A stretch of 64,000 nt of DNA from Trichodelitschia bisporula (GCA_010356995.1 ML996699.1:62001-126000); one strand, 5' to 3'; counted from the first letter of the stretch, positions 1-13,558 are shown. Translations and numbers: made by a program. Notes: generated by a model from the letters alone, not told the origin.

Positions 1-2199
1 GGTGTCCGGGGGGGGTGGAGTGCCCTGGGTGGAGCGAGAGAGAAGGGGGGCGTGGAGGGGTCCCTTGGGTGTGGGGGGGGAACCAAGACCTTGAAATGTT
101 GAGTGAGTGGAAGACAGCGAGAAGAAGAACGGGGCGAGGACGGCAATGCAAGAGACTTGAACGGCATTCCCTGACTTTGCGAGTTGCAGGAGAATGGCAG
201 CTGATGAGCCGAAGAGTTGTGAGGAGGAAAACGGCGAGGCTTGAGGAAGAAGCCGGAGAGAGACGAGAGAAGTGGTGACAGTGAAAGCTGTGAGATGCGA
301 TACATACTCCCAAGACTCCCTTCCAATTGTTTCTCACTATCTTCCCATCCGCCCCCAAATAACTCTTCCCCGACTCAGATCTTGAGGGCATCGCGGCGCT
401 TCTTCGGTGGTATTGTAGGAGGCACGCAAGCCCGCAGCAGAAAAGAAAGTCGAGGAGACGGTGGTGGCCGCGTCTGTGTTCCTTTCCGTCACTCTCCACC
501 ACTCACCACTCTTCCCTCTCCACCCACCGCTCAGCCAGCAGCTTCTCACCACATACTAACCCACCATTCAGCAATCAGCCGGCCACACAAGCTCCAGCAC
601 CCGTCAGCCCGGGGTGCCTGGCCCCGGAAACGAGAAGCGGTGGAGTCCGGTGCGGCAGGACAGCGTGTGGGACGAAGCAGTGCTTATCACGCATTGGCGA
701 TGCTTTTCTCCCGCCCGCCGGGTGTTGATCACGATGGTGATAGGTTCTGCCCTGCCCAGCTTGGTGTTCTTGGTTTGCAATGGTCATTCTCGGGAGCGTA
801 GCGTGCAGAGTCCCCTACCCGTAGACTCTAGAACTAGACTCGAGGGGACTAGCAAGATGGTGAACCTCTAGCCTAGCCTACCTTACATTCAATTCATCGA
901 TGTTAGCAAGACCTTCAGAATCAAGACCCCAACAACAGTAACAACAACATAACAAAACATCAAGCCGCCTACCGCCTCTCTCACTTCCTCATCACGCGTA
1001 ACCTCGCCTCCAACAAGCCATCCCCATCAGCCGGGACCGCCTCCGACCCACCCGAGTCCACCGCCCCCAAAACACAGCAACCCCGCCCCGTGGATCCCAG
1101 CACCCGCGCGGCAGCAGCTCACGCACAGCCATGGACAAACATGAACAATGCGAGCAAAGCCGCATCCCGTGAGCAAAGCGACTCAGGCCGAACAAGATCT
1201 ACCACCAACTCCAAGCGCATCAACGCTCCTGACCAAACAGCCCCCAAGCTATGCGCCAACCCAGCGTTTCCCACCGTACATCACGTTTCATCCCCGCAAC
1301 TAGCAATGCACACTGGCATGCGTTTCACGCCCCCGACATCCCCCGTTTCGATCAGACTCAGCCTGCGGCCGTACAGTGGGGCGACGCGAGACGCGGGAGC
1401 GGCTCCCGTAAACCAACGCGACCCGTCACCGCATCTGTTGTTCTCGAGGGCAATCGGCAGTTTCGCGTCGACGATGGCCAGATCGGCAGGCTGCCGCGTG
1501 GGCCTCGGCCCGGCGAGGACTCGGCACGGGTCTAGGCTCGGCGCGGGGTCAGGTCCCGCTCAAGGCCTTCAGGCAGAATAAGGCATCAGCACCAACGTCG
1601 CCAACGTCGCCAACGTCGCCGACGCTCAGGAAAAAGGAAGTAGAGTACGGCTTCTCGAAGCACAGCACCGCGGTCAAGTGACCCACCCCTCCGGCAGATC
1701 CCCATCCGCCTGGCTTGCGAACTTGAAGAACTGCACCCACCCGCGCTGCACTGCCCCGCCTGCGTCAACCCCGCACTTCCCCTCCCCCGGGGTGCCAAGC
1801 ATCTATCCAGGACTTCTCACGATGGCATTGCGTAGAGATGGTCTATCTGTCGAGCGCCGGATCGCGATACAACGATCCTATGCGCCGCTATTATGGCTCC
1901 TTCTATCCCTCTCAGCTCGCAGTATTGTAAGCTCCACGATGTAGCTCATCTGCTTATTTCCCATCGTCCGCGCCCAGCCCAACCGTACCCCACCCACCAT
2001 AAGGCGTCATCACCGGCGCATCTTATGTCACCCCGCCCGCACGCCCGCGATGTCGCCATTGCGCGCGGCATCCACGTCTAGCAAAGATCTACGAGCTGGA
2101 AAAGTGGGTGTACCACAGTATATAGCACGCTGCTCAACCTGAGCGATCGATCTACTATCAACCCACCTCCCCTTCAAGATCCGCATCTAGTGAGCAAGG

Positions 2200-2797
2200 A
2201 TGGCCACCCCAGTACAGAAAAACCTCGTCGCGGCCAACGAGGCCTACGCCGCGTCCTTCACATCCGGCGACCTCGCGCTCCCGCCCGCGAAGAAGTACCT
2301 CGTCTGTGCGTACCAGAGCCCTCCCCCCCAACCCTTTCCCCAACCCTTTCCCCAACCCATAACCCTCCCACCCCGCTAACCCCGCCCCCCCAGTAACCTG
2401 CATGGACGCGCGCATCGACCCCGCCGCCGCCCTCGGCATCCCCCTCGGCGACGCCCACATAATCCGCAACGCAGGCGCCTGGGCCGCCGACGCCCTGCGC
2501 AGCATCGTGATCTCCCAAACACTGCTCGGGACGCGCGAGATCGTGCTGGTCAAGCACACGGGGTGCGGGATGTTGACGTTTAAGAACGAAGACGCTCATG
2601 CGCTGGTTAAAGAGAAATTGGGGAGTGAGGCGGCGGGGGAGATTGAGGGGTTGGAGTTTCAGCCTTTTCCGGAGTTGGAGGAGGAGGTTAGGAGGGATGT
2701 GGAGTGGTTGCGGGGCAGGAAGGTGCTTTGGCCGGGGACGGTGGTTAGTGGGTGGGTTTATGAGGTTGAGACGGGGCGGGTGAGGAGGGTTGTGTAG
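2200..2797 (+). CDS. Beta-class carbonic anhydrase (small clade-D-like), 2 exons (2200-2305, 2394-2797)
   Basis: Spliced product MATPVQKNLVAANEAY...YLV-LTCMDARID...IRNAG...VKHTGCGM...GWVYEVETG has the beta-CA zinc ligands CxD(xR) and HxxC. Intron GTGCGT...GCTAAC...CAG at 2306-2393. Confidence 0.93.
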
Positions 2798-2883
2798 CTC
2801 TGGATTGGGACCGGTGATACCAGGCGTTGAATCTACTTCTATCAATCTACTTTGATCCATCTACTTCTCTCACGCAGAACCCC

Positions 2884-3113
2884 TAGTGTAGACATCAGGC
2901 AGGAGCATTGTTATGTCAGGAAGGAGCATACTGATCTGAGGAAGGAATATGATGTAATGTGCGCATGATCGAAGGAAGGAACGTAGAAGGATGCTTGGCA
3001 TCATCATGTATTTATTCTTGAGAGCTTCTCGACTCTCTTCTCTTCCTCTGTCTTTATCTCAATCTTCACTTTACACAGTCGCCTGTTCCACGCGTCAAGC
3101 CTTGCTTCCATTA
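2884..3113. mobile_element. Solo-LTR-like dispersed repeat, copy A (degenerate)
   Basis: Aligns over its length with 15111-15314 (AGGAGCATTG..ATGTCAGGAAGG..GTATTTA..CAATCTTCA.TTTACACAG..CCTTGCT.CCAT.A). Flanks ACCCC/ACGCC resemble a 5-bp TSD with one mismatch. Confidence 0.6.
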
Positions 3114-3120
3114 ACGCCCC

Positions 3121-4261
3121 TTACTCCCCCCTCCCAAGCAACCACTTAACCCCCTCAACCGTATCCCGTACAAAACCCCTACTCTTCTCCCAGTCAGGCG
3201 CAAAACTCCAGAACGAATGCGGCACACCCGGATACACGCGCAGCCTCGTCTTCCCTCCCGCCTCCTCACGCACCACCCGCTCATACACCAGCGCCTCATC
3301 CCTTAGCGGATCCTGTCCGCACACCTGGATAAACAGCGGCGGCAACCCACTTGTATCCAGCGGGTCAGCAAGCACATTAAATAGCGGATCCGTCGGCGGG
3401 GGGGCATAGGCAGCGGTGAACATCCGCACGGCTTTGATGCCCAAAATCGGCGCATCGGCGTTCTGCTCGTAGGACTTGATTTCGTCCGCATATCTGGGCG
3501 CGATGCCCTCCTGTCCCGGTGGCCCGAGGACGGGGATTAGCAGTGCGAAGCCCGTGACGGGTGGTATGAGCTTCTCATCCCGTGCCAGATGCGTCGTAAC
3601 TGCTGCGAGGTTGCCGCCGGCTGATGTCCCGCCGACGATAAAACCTTTGCTTGGATCAGTGCCGAGAGAGGCGGCGTTGGCCGCGGCCTGTTGGTTAGTG
3701 TCACGTTGCTCGCCCAGTGAGGACGGAGGACGTACCCATTTCAACGCATCCCACGCATCATTCACCGCGGCTGGAAACGGATGCTCAGGGGCAAGGCGGT
3801 AATCGACATTAACAACCACCGCCCCAACCTCACTCGCAAACAGCCGGCAGTTGAGCTCTTCGCTCTCCAACCCGCCGAGGCAGAACCCGCCTCCATGGTA
3901 AAACACAATGAGCGGCGCCCCGCCGGCAGGTGGCGTGGCAGGCGCATAGATGCGCAACGGGATGTGGTAGCCGTCGCGGGCCGGCGCCGTGGTGTCCCGC
4001 GTGGTGAAGGTAGACTCTGAGCCGGATTGCGAGGCGGTTAGGGCGCGCTTGCGGTCGGCGAGGAGTGACCGCATTGCCGGGACGTCGGAGCCGAAGTCGT
4101 CCAGGAATTTGACTGAGGGGCCAGCGGCGGCTAGCAACTACGCGTTGGGCGGGTTAGTTGGGCGTCAGGGCTGGCGGGGAGGCACGAGGAGAAGCGCTGG
4201 CACGCACCGCGGCAAAGTCCGGGTCAGGAGTGGCCAGACGGCCCGCGTTTTCGCGCGCCAT
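3121..4261 (-). CDS. Alpha/beta hydrolase, HSL (Abhydrolase_3) esterase/lipase family, 3 exons
   Basis: HGGGF oxyanion motif, VDYRLAPEHPFPAA, GTSAGG nucleophile elbow, DPLRDE and H(S)F. Introns 4138-4207 and 3688-3735 (GT-AG). Confidence 0.92.
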
Positions 4262-5372
4262 GAGTATAAGCGGCGGGGTTCGCGGGGTTCGAGGGCGTCG
4301 GGGGAGAGGGGCAGGTAGGGAATTGGCTTTTGGAGGCGGTTGCGGGGGGGCGCGGCGGCCTTTTTGAGGAGGCGGTCCATCTCGCGGTTATGCTTCCGGG
4401 AGTGAAGATGCGGGGTACGTAGCGGCGGGACGCCTTGTCGACGGGGTCAGGGGAGGGAGAGGGGAGTTAATATAGGTATGGTGCTCTTGGAGATGCGAGC
4501 CGAGGAGGCGGTGGGTGGGGCTTTCCGCGGGGTTCCTGTTGGTAGATGGGGGGGCTGGTAAGCGCGGTGGGATGGCGAGTGGTGGTGTTTTGGGGCATTG
4601 TTGTGGGAAGGTACGAGATTGTAAGTGGGAGGGACGGGCGGGACGAGACTCGCGTGTGGCACGTGGTGAAGGGCCGTGTGGGGACGCGGAACATGTCCTA
4701 TCACGATCAGCTGGAGGATGTTGTGCACAGCCTCATACGCGGCGGGGTTGGCCCTATGATGTCAAGGCGTGGCTGGTGGGGCGGGGAAGAGAGGGGCGGG
4801 TGGGATTCGACGATATCAATGATGGGCAGAGCTGCAATGTGATAGCTTTAGAGCTGCACGACGGTGACTGTCGAGCTGCTGTCGGGTGTTGTACCGTTCC
4901 GCCATATGCATTTGTAGCGCCCATATCTGCCTATCATGTCGAGTTCGGCTCCGGTATGCATTTTGGCTAGCGATGTGCAGACTCAGCCTCAGCAATCATC
5001 AATCACCATCATACCATTGCTCTATCTCTCTTTCAGCCCCCTCTCTGTCAGCGTCCAGGTTAATACAGCATCTGTTTGACAATCCCATGTCTCCGATCGG
5101 CTTTTAATTGGCTCCATCACGTCACCAGCCAACCACCTAAGGCTTCTCATCGCTCAGCTCACTGCTCAGCCACAGTTAGCTCCTTTCCACGGTGCAAGGT
5201 GGGGTTGCTGCCTTGGCCTTTAAACTCAACTCTCTTTCTCTCTTCACTTCTCTCCATCTCCATCTCCATCTCCATCTCCAGCTCCACCTCTCTCCTTTGC
5301 TTCGTTACTATCTCCCGTTTATCGATCGCTCACCAACACACCTAGCAACCCCGAAACCAAGTGTCGTTGAAG

Positions 5373-7726
5373 ATGGGTGTACGTATCCAGCCCTCCAATA
5401 ACCCCGCATCTACCATCCCACCTTCACCCCTCTCTTCTACCATCCACCACTAGTTCTAACCCTTCTCAGCTCGCATCCAAACTACAAGCTGCTGGTCCTC
5501 CTGGCGGCGGCTACCCTCCTGCTGCCGGCCAGCCTCCGCGTCCTGGTGGATATGTAAGTTCTCCTCAGCAGTCCTACTGCAAAGCACCCCGCAGTCAACA
5601 GCACCCGAATAGCGCCAAAATCAGACTGCTGACTCCCTCCGAATCAGCCCGGGCAGAATCAGTACCAAGCCTATCCTGGAGGCGTAAGTTCCACCCTTCC
5701 TTTCCCCTTGCTCCTTGCTTGCGCAATCCTCGTGCTCTCTTCCTGGCTCTCTTCATTGTCACTGGGCGCCTGGCTGCCGCGCCCCCGCCCCTCCAACCAC
5801 CCTGGCCCTTTCGTCATACTCTCCACCCAAAACTCTGTTGCGCTGCTACAACCACTCCACACCTCGAACACTTGTCCCCACAACGTGTCGCAATACCTTT
5901 GTCGCATTTTTTTTTAAATCAGCGTTCGTCGATTGTATCGTGTATCCTTCCGCCTAGGCCATGGCTGGCAGACATCCCTTCCCTCCTTTCGGTGCCAGCT
6001 ACGGCCAGTCGACCCCGCCTTATCCAAATGGCTCACCCTACCCGCCGCAGTCGTCTGCCTACCCCCCTTCCTCCGCCCCATACCAACAGAACCAATATGC
6101 TCCGACACCGCCAATGCAGCAGCAGCAGCAGCAGTACGGTCAAGGACAACAGTACGGCCAAGGATACAACCGGCCGCCTCCGCCGCCTCCCGGCCAGTAC
6201 TCCGGCTACCCATCGCAGCAGCAGCAACAACCCTACTCCCAGGCCCCGTACCAGCCCGGAGGACCCCAGGCCTACCAGGCCGACCCATACGGACATGTTC
6301 GTTTGATGGACATTTGGAATCCGTCGCTGTTCACCCGCTGACTCTTCCCGTCCCTAGGCCCCGCCCGCGCAGCCCGGATACCCTCAGCAGGGCGGCTACC
6401 CTCCCCAGGGCCAGCCCGGCTACGGTCAACAGGCGAGCCCCGCCCAGGCCGCTGGGTTCAAACAGGCCCTCCAAGCGTGCATCCGTGAGAACCGCCTCGA
6501 GATCTTCTACCCTCCCAACTCGCCCGTGCTCGATCAATTGGCGAACAAGGCCAGCCAGCAGATCAGCCAGCTGTGCCAGCGGTGGCGCATTCAGCCCGAG
6601 ATTGGCAATGATCTGGTCAAGTTGGGCCTGTACGATATTGTCGTTTACATCGGTGGGTTGCCGTTAATCCTCGCGCGAATGCCTCGGCTGACCTCTCTCC
6701 CTTTCCCCAGATGACAGCGGCTCTATGGCGTTTGAAGAGGGCGGCGAGCGCATCAAGGATCTTAAGTTGATCCTCGAGCGCGTCGCAGGCGCGGCGACTA
6801 TGTTCGACGAAGACGGTATCAGCCTGCGCTTCATGAACTCGCGCTACGACCCGGCGGTGCTCGACGGCATCCGCTCGGAGCAGCAGATTGACCAATTGAT
6901 GCAGAGCGTGCAGTTTAAGGGCCTGACGCCTATGGGTACCGAGCTGCGCTCCAAGGTCATTGACGGAATCGTGCTGCAGAAGGTCCGCGAGGGGCGGTAC
7001 CATAAGCCGACACTCATCATTACCGTCACTGATGGTCAGCCGGCTGGCGAGGCGTCCAACGCCGTCATCGAGACGATCAAGTACGCATCGCGGGAGGTCG
7101 GTCAGAAATCCGGCCCCGGCGGCATCGCGTTCCAGTTCGCGCAGGTGGGCAACGATCAGAAGGCGCGCGAGTTTCTGGCCACGCTGGACAATCACTCAGA
7201 GGTTGGCAATCTGGTGGACTGCACATCGAGTGAGTTGTCGCTGGCTGCTTAAACCCATGAACATCTATTAAACAATCCCACAGACTACGAGAACGAGTCG
7301 CAAGAAATGCAGAAGCTGGGCGTCGAGCTCACTCCCGACCTGTGGATCGTCAAGCTCCTCCTCGGCGCCATCGACCACTCGTACGACCGCAAGGACGAGA
7401 AGGGCGGTAACGCGCCCCAACCGGCTGGCGGGTACGGGCAGCCTCAGGGTTACGGCGCGCCGCCGGCGGGTCAGTACGGGCAGCCCCAGGGTTACGGGCA
7501 GCAGCCTCCTCAGGGCTATGGGCAGCAGCCGCCGCAGCCGGGTGGGTATCCTCCTCAGCAGGGAGGGTATCCGCCGCAGCAGCAGCAGCAGCAGCAGCAG
7601 CAGGGCTACGGTCGCGGGTATCCTCCGCAGGGTGGCCAGCCGGGCGGATATCCTCCGCAGCAGGGTGGATATCCCCCTCAGCAGGGAGGGTATCCGCCGC
7701 AGGGTGGCCAGCCGCCGCGGTATTAG
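5373..7726 (+). CDS. vWA-domain protein with G/P/Q/Y-rich low-complexity N- and C-termini (resembles fungal proteins annotated RfeF), about 7 exons
   Basis: Exons 5373-5378, 5470-5553, 5648-5683, 5958-6296, 6358-6652, 6711-7229 and 7284-7726 give MG-LASKL..., MIDAS motif [20 protein letters not shown] and FAQVGND, plus GGYPPQQ repeats. Confidence 0.85.
7577..7603 (+). repeat. (CAG)9 microsatellite encoding polyQ, within 21-nt GGYPPQQ repeats
   Basis: Read directly in the last exon of the vWA gene. Confidence 0.9.
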
Positions 7727-8656
7727 ATGTCGGTCGGCGGGGATGATACGTGATGGGTGTGTCGCTTTGGAGGAAGGGATGGCAAAATACGGACGTTGCT
7801 TCTATCGACGGTGGTAGTGGTAACGACACGGGTCTGTCTGCTTATGCAGTTTACGAATGGAGGTTAACTTGAGATTTCGGCCCATGAGGTTCAAGTTGAG
7901 ATTTCCAGCGCTTTTTTTGTCTGGCGTGACTGTGCTGCTGTGCTGCTGTGCTGCTGATGAAATGTGGATGTTTGTGGCCCATTATTGACGGGGGTCGCTT
8001 GGAGATTCCAACCCATGCCGTCGGTTAGCCTGCCGAAAAGGTACCGGAAAGCTTGGTGATGGAGGATTCTCTCCCTGTTGATGAATCTGTCGGTGTGTGT
8101 AAGGTTAACCCATCGCGAATGGGTGGGACAGGGCTTCCCAACCCATGCCGTCGATTAGCAGGCGAAAAAGCTTGATGGTGGTGGGCCACTCTCCAGGTTG
8201 CGGGGATTGTGAAATGAAGCACGCGAGCTCTAGCAAATCTCGAAGCGGGGAATTATATTGAGGTGCGCTAAGGAGATGAAGCGGTTATTGAGATGAGGTC
8301 AACAGTCGTTGAGAGATGAAGTCAAGTGCGCCGAGACATGGTGGCTTTTTCTTTTTCTTTCTTTTGGCGTGTGTGCGGGTGTGTGGGTCTGGCTTTTGGC
8401 TTTTTGCTTTTTGCGGCACCGCAAAGCAGGCGCAACGGGGTGGGCGTTAGAGTGAATAATTTCCGATTGGGTGTGCTGTGGACGTCATGCAATTTGGAGC
8501 GGGTACGGTACCGGTTACGTTAGATGGGCTGCGCAGGCGGAGATTGTCTCAGGAGAGCGAGAAGTATACATCCGTATCGCGGCTACGGTAAGTTGATGTC
8601 GCGGATGGTGTGAGAGATGCGACATTCGCATGTCCGCAGGTGTTGTCTGCGCGCTG

Positions 8657-8736
8657 TGCGGGCCTTGCACATCGGCGCTGCGGGCCTTGGATACCTGCGC
8701 TCCGGGCCTTGGATATCACTGTGCGGACCTTGGAAA
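8657..8736. repeat. Four degenerate copies of TGCGGGCCTTGG at 21-22 bp period
   Basis: Copies start at 8657, 8679, 8701 and 8722. Confidence 0.75.
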
Positions 8737-10178
8737 TATACACGACACATGTATGAACGCCACGCGCGCGGTGCGAGAAGGTTGTGGCACATCATTATGT
8801 TCCGTCTGCGTTTGGGGCTTGACATCATGGCAGCCCCCGCGACGAAAGCGCGATCTGTTCTGGCACATGGGTGTCTGCCCTAAAGTACGGGGCGGGAAGG
8901 CGGGGGTGGATACCACCAGCCTAGCCCCAGTCTGCAAGGCACGGGCGCCATTTTGGCGAAAAAAAAAGAGGCAGGGTTCAGCCTCGCAAAACCACCTCGC
9001 ATTTTCGCTTGTCTGCCAGTTTTCCAACACGGGGCGCTTTCCATGATAATGGCCTGCGAGCCTGCGCGGGCACGACGGGCTTGTTGGAATGAATCGTTGA
9101 TTCCCAACCGACGAACCAGCGGCGCGGTAACTGGCGAGCCAGCAAGATCCTCGCTTCACGCGACACACCCCTCTCCCGCAATCCTGCTTTCGTCGTACCA
9201 CATCCCGTGCCACATCTCAAACGCGCCTCCCGCTTGGCCCCGGCTGTTGCTGGCGGGATGGGGCTGTGGAACTCACTGCTCATGTTCCGGCTACCAACGT
9301 GTGATGGGTGGGCTAGGACTTTGTGGTAATTTGCACCGCCCGGTCCGCGACGCACGTACTATGACGTCGGCGGCAGCCGCGCGGGGCCAATCGGCGCTAG
9401 CGGGCGGGCGCCAATCGCGATCGTCTTGGCAGCCTGGCGAGAGACTGCATGGCAACGGTGGTGTTGGCAGGGCGCGAGTGGCTGGTGCGTTGCATGGCCA
9501 CAACCGGTTTTTGCAATGTCTGGCGGGCACGCGCGCGGTGGAGGGGCGGGTGATGTGGGTTGGGGTGTGGCGAGTGGGTGAGTTGGATACGGCGAGTGGC
9601 GGGTTGGGCTGCGGCTTACTGGTGAGAAGGTTTGGTGGTGTGATGTTTGCGTTTGCTGGTTGGTTGGTTGCTTGCTTGCTTTGTGACGGGACGGGGAAGG
9701 GGGTGTTGGATGGGAAGCTTGGTGCTGGGTCTGTCCACCCTGCTGGCGAACCTCCTTGCTGGTCTGCCCTCAGCCTGCTGGACCACTCGCTGTCCTGCCC
9801 TCTCATATGCTGTCGGCAGCCACGCCGTTTCGGGAGCACCCGACTGGGGCCGGGGGGCGTCGCGACCCCATGGGGACGGAGCAGGAGCGGGGGGTCGCTC
9901 GAAGATTCGTTGTGACGTAGCCTTGGCCTGTTGACATGGGCCAACAATCAGGAGGAAGGCATGGAAGGCAGGAGCGAGTGGGCGGGCTTGGGCGGGATTC
10001 AAATGCGAGCACTTTCCCCCCCGTGAAGTTTGCTTCTTGGATCATTTGACTGCCACGCTTGCGAAGGACGACCTGTGCTCTACTTTTCCACTCCTCCACT
10101 CTCTCCATTCCACTTCCACAACTCCAACTCTCCCCATCTTCACCACAACAGTCAAAGCTAGTATCACCCACCGCAGCC

Positions 10179-10780
10179 ATGATTGTCTCCCGCGCTTTGT
10201 CGTTCTTCCTCCGCTTCGCGCAGTTCGTCTGCGGCGCTGTAAGTCTTGCTTTTCCTCATCCCGTCACCGCAAACACTAACCGCCCCAGGTCGTCCTCGGC
10301 CTTGTCGCGCACTTCCTGCACCAGCACCACAAGACTCACGCCGGTCCCATCGGTCGCGAGATCTACACCGAAGTCGTCGCCGCGCTGTCCGTAGTCCTGA
10401 GCCTGATCTGGATGATCCCCTTCACCAGCACCTTCCTGCACTACACCACCGACTTCATCCTGAGCGCTGCGTGGTTCGCCGCCTTCGGCACGCTCGTCAA
10501 CTGGATCCACAAGGCTAACTGCGGTGGTGCTTTCCGTGAGTCCTGCCCTTGCTACCAGGGTTTGTTTGCTGTGAGTGTTTGCTAACGTGTGTGGCTAGAA
10601 TGGGGCGGCATTCACCGTGGCGGTTACTGCGGTCAGTGGAAGGCGACTGAGGCTTTCTCGTTCCTGAGCGCTATCTTCTGGCTCGCTTCTGCTGCCCTCG
10701 GCATTCACGTCGTTCACCGCGGCACTCGCGAGGCGACTACGTCGCGCGGCAGCCGCTGGAGCCGTCGCCATGCCGTCTAA
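10179..10780 (+). CDS. MARVEL-domain four-TM membrane protein, 3 exons
   Basis: MIVSRALSFFLRFAQFVCGA-VVLGL...DFILSAAWFAAFG...C...CGQWKATEAFSFLSAIFWLAS. Introns 10239-10288 and 10536-10598. Confidence 0.88.
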
Positions 10781-11665
10781 GCGTGTTCTCGTCTAGCAGC
10801 GATGCTGTCTAGATGTGGCTATCTGGTCGGCTAATGAGGGGAGGATGAGTATGCTCAAGGGTATTTTCCATGTTAACGTAATGCTGGAGCTGAGGCGCAT
10901 TGTCTGGGCTTTTCTGCGTGGTGTTATGGGAGATTCATACCCAAGGATTCACATAGCAATGCTTAACGCATCATAATTCTGCTTGCTTTTTCGTATCGTG
11001 CGTGATTTGATCACTTGGATTTTGAATGACCGGCGCTTAAGGTACAGGCGGCGGCATTCAATCTACTGTATCGGGTTGCGCTAATTGACACTACCGCAGG
11101 TGTATACTCGAGTGGCGTGTCAGTCTACCGTACAGGACACTCCAGCACGGGATGCTGCTGCCGCCTCTCACAATACTGTCCCAGGCTCGAGCTCCCCTCG
11201 ACCCTTACCGGTCCAGGGGTGGAGCTCCTGCCTGGAGCCGGTCACCACCAGTGCTCTTGCCTTAGGGCAGGAGAGTGGGTATTGGGGAACGTTGAGCTCC
11301 TCTCTCCTCCCACTCCTATTCTCCCCCTCGACTGAAGATCTTGAACCCCTAAACCTCTGCGGTATGGTGCGGCACCACCGCCGAGTCTCACACCCAGCTC
11401 CGCCACCCGCCGTCGAACGTGGCCGGTTCTACGCTCACTTGCATTCGGTGCTGTCAAAGCGTGGGCGTGCGCGGAGGAATGCGCTGGCAGCGGCGCTAGG
11501 TAATGGTTGATGCTATTGTACATGTCCGCTTGCTCTGATTTCATCTGCTGATCTTACTAATTACACATCCGGGCGCGGTTTATAGTCCATCAAAACCCAG
11601 TGGCTGGCGGAATACCGCAATGGCCCGCCCACCTATTAACTCAGTACAATCACTAATACGACGGC

Positions 11666-12759
11666 TTACCCAGCGGCACCAAGTGCGACCCACTGGGGAA
11701 ATTCCCTGTGGAAGTCACTCCCTATCGACCAGTTTCCAAGGTCGCAAATGTGTCTCTCGAAGGCGGGGTTGGGGTTGAACCGTCCGCGCGCCTTCCGCAT
11801 CCGCTTCGGCTTCTTCCGCTCCGAGTCCGTATCCTGCTTGGAGCCCGCCTTCGGTTCTAATTCCATCTCCTTAACAGAATTGGACGGCAGACGGCGGAAT
11901 AGGGACTTGCGTTGGTGGTCCCAGCTCGTGTATGGGTCGCCCCAATGAAGATATAGGCTTTCGAGGCGGGGCTGCACGAAACAACACCCGTAGCCGAAAG
12001 CCTCATCGGGGTTTCGTATGAACGCCTCGCGCAGCTCCGGCCTGCCGGTTAGAGGAGCAGCCTAAATGGAGCGCGACTTACCACGGTACGTAGTCCATCC
12101 AAAGCGGGTGCTCTACGGATAACTGTACCGGCAGCGGCCGCAGCCACTCCGGCATGGCATCGTAGCTCTTCTTCGTCGGCGCGATCAGCTACTTCGTGTA
12201 CAGAAACCAGATGTGTATAAACGCGATAGCTGGCGCCACCGAATGAAGAAAACTGACCAGGATCGCCCAGTGCGTTGCTGAATAGCTTCCACAGTGGGTG
12301 CGAGCGACGGGTCGTAAACATATCGCGGGCTGCTGTCGGATGCCAGTTCGGCTTGCAAACGCGCTCAAATTTCTCCAGCGACCTGCCCTTCGCCAACTTA
12401 CGGCGCTGGTCCGCTACGAGCTTGTAGATTTCACGGTCTATGCCGCAACGACTCACGTATGAGTTGTTGAGCGGTAGTGCCGTGGCGGACATTGCCTCTT
12501 GGGATTCATTCGCTTCGACGGCGGGCGGTGGCGCCATGGCAGGTAATGGGGACGGGCTCCTGGCAACGTAGGGGTCCTTGACTTTGTTCATCAAGCACCT
12601 GGGCAGATGGCGGTCCACGCCGAGCTTCCGGGAATAGTATTCTTGCAGATAGCGTTGGATCTCGCCGAGCCCCTGGTTCGCAGGCTCGGATACAGGGTCG
12701 CAGACGGGTGGGAGGGGCGCTGGGACTGCTGTCCGGCGACCGCTGCGTGTAACTGGCAT
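11666..12759 (-). pseudogene. DUF3425-type protein, copy 1 (disabled)
   Basis: Off-frame MPEWLRPLPVQLSVEHPLWMDYVPW-PELREAFI...FERHICDLGNWSIG..FPQW. Frameshift near 12240 and TAG replacing Trp at 12189-12191. Confidence 0.8.
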
Positions 12760-13307
12760 TTGATACGGTGGTTGATGGATGCTTGGCAACGAAGCACAGA
12801 GCAAAGGAAAGGTTGGTCGAGAAGATCAGAGGAACTGAACTCTTTTGATATATCACCGTAAACTCGGTTTGCGGAGATGCTTGAAAATGTTGACAATGCG
12901 TCGTGGTGAGCTGATATTTCTTAAACCATCCGTGCCATCCACGCCACCGTATGGACATGACCCGCGATCATGGTAGACGCGTCGTCGTGTGGGGAAGGTG
13001 GGTCGCGCCTTACGCCACACTTTTTGTGGCGTTGCGATAAGGTTAACTACCCCTTGCCAAGTATATGGTCGACGACAGAACACCACTTGTCGGTGACAGT
13101 CATGGTCTTCTGATCATTGTCGTATCAGTGGTGAGCGCGGCATAGCTGGGGGTTTCACCCCTCCGCCAAGCAGAATAGAAGCACTACATTTTATCGCCAG
13201 GCGGCCCGTTGAACGCTCACTTACTCCGTACATGGGTGCTTTCGAAGCATGGGCATGTGTGAAAGAATGCGCTGGCAGCATTACCATTTAATAGCTAATG
13301 CTATGAC

Positions 13308-13489
13308 TGATGTGGACATAGGGCAAGGGCATTGATGCTCAGGAAGGAGCATACCTGGCAAGCACAGCACTGTATTCTGTCTCTAGCGTCGCCGCCGCAC
13401 CCTCGCCCATCTCACTGCCATTTCATCTTTCATTATGCTTGCTCTCTGCACTCGTTGCTATTGCATATGCCTGAGCCATACTCCCATGA
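13308..13489. mobile_element. Solo-LTR-like dispersed repeat, copy B (interior diverged)
   Basis: Starts TGATGTGGACATAGGGCAAGGGCATTG..CAGGAAGGAGCATAC and ends CTCCCATGA, matching the termini of copies A and C. It interrupts sequence that is contiguous in the paralogous unit near 11510. Confidence 0.5.
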
Positions 13490-13558
13490 GTGGCATCCAG
13501 GCTTATAAATAAGGTTAGTTGAAGGATAAATAGAATAGAGGCTCCATTACTCATTAAT

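Noticed and set aside
1..2100. ORFs in the first 2 kb and the 9-bp CCAACGTCG triplet near 1592
   Set aside because: No coding signature. It is probably promoter or leader sequence of flanking genes, with a trivial microrepeat.
8008..8184. Direct repeat CCAACCCATGCCGTCG.TTAGC at 8008 and 8138
   Set aside because: Only two copies and no element hallmarks; it looks like an ordinary local duplication.
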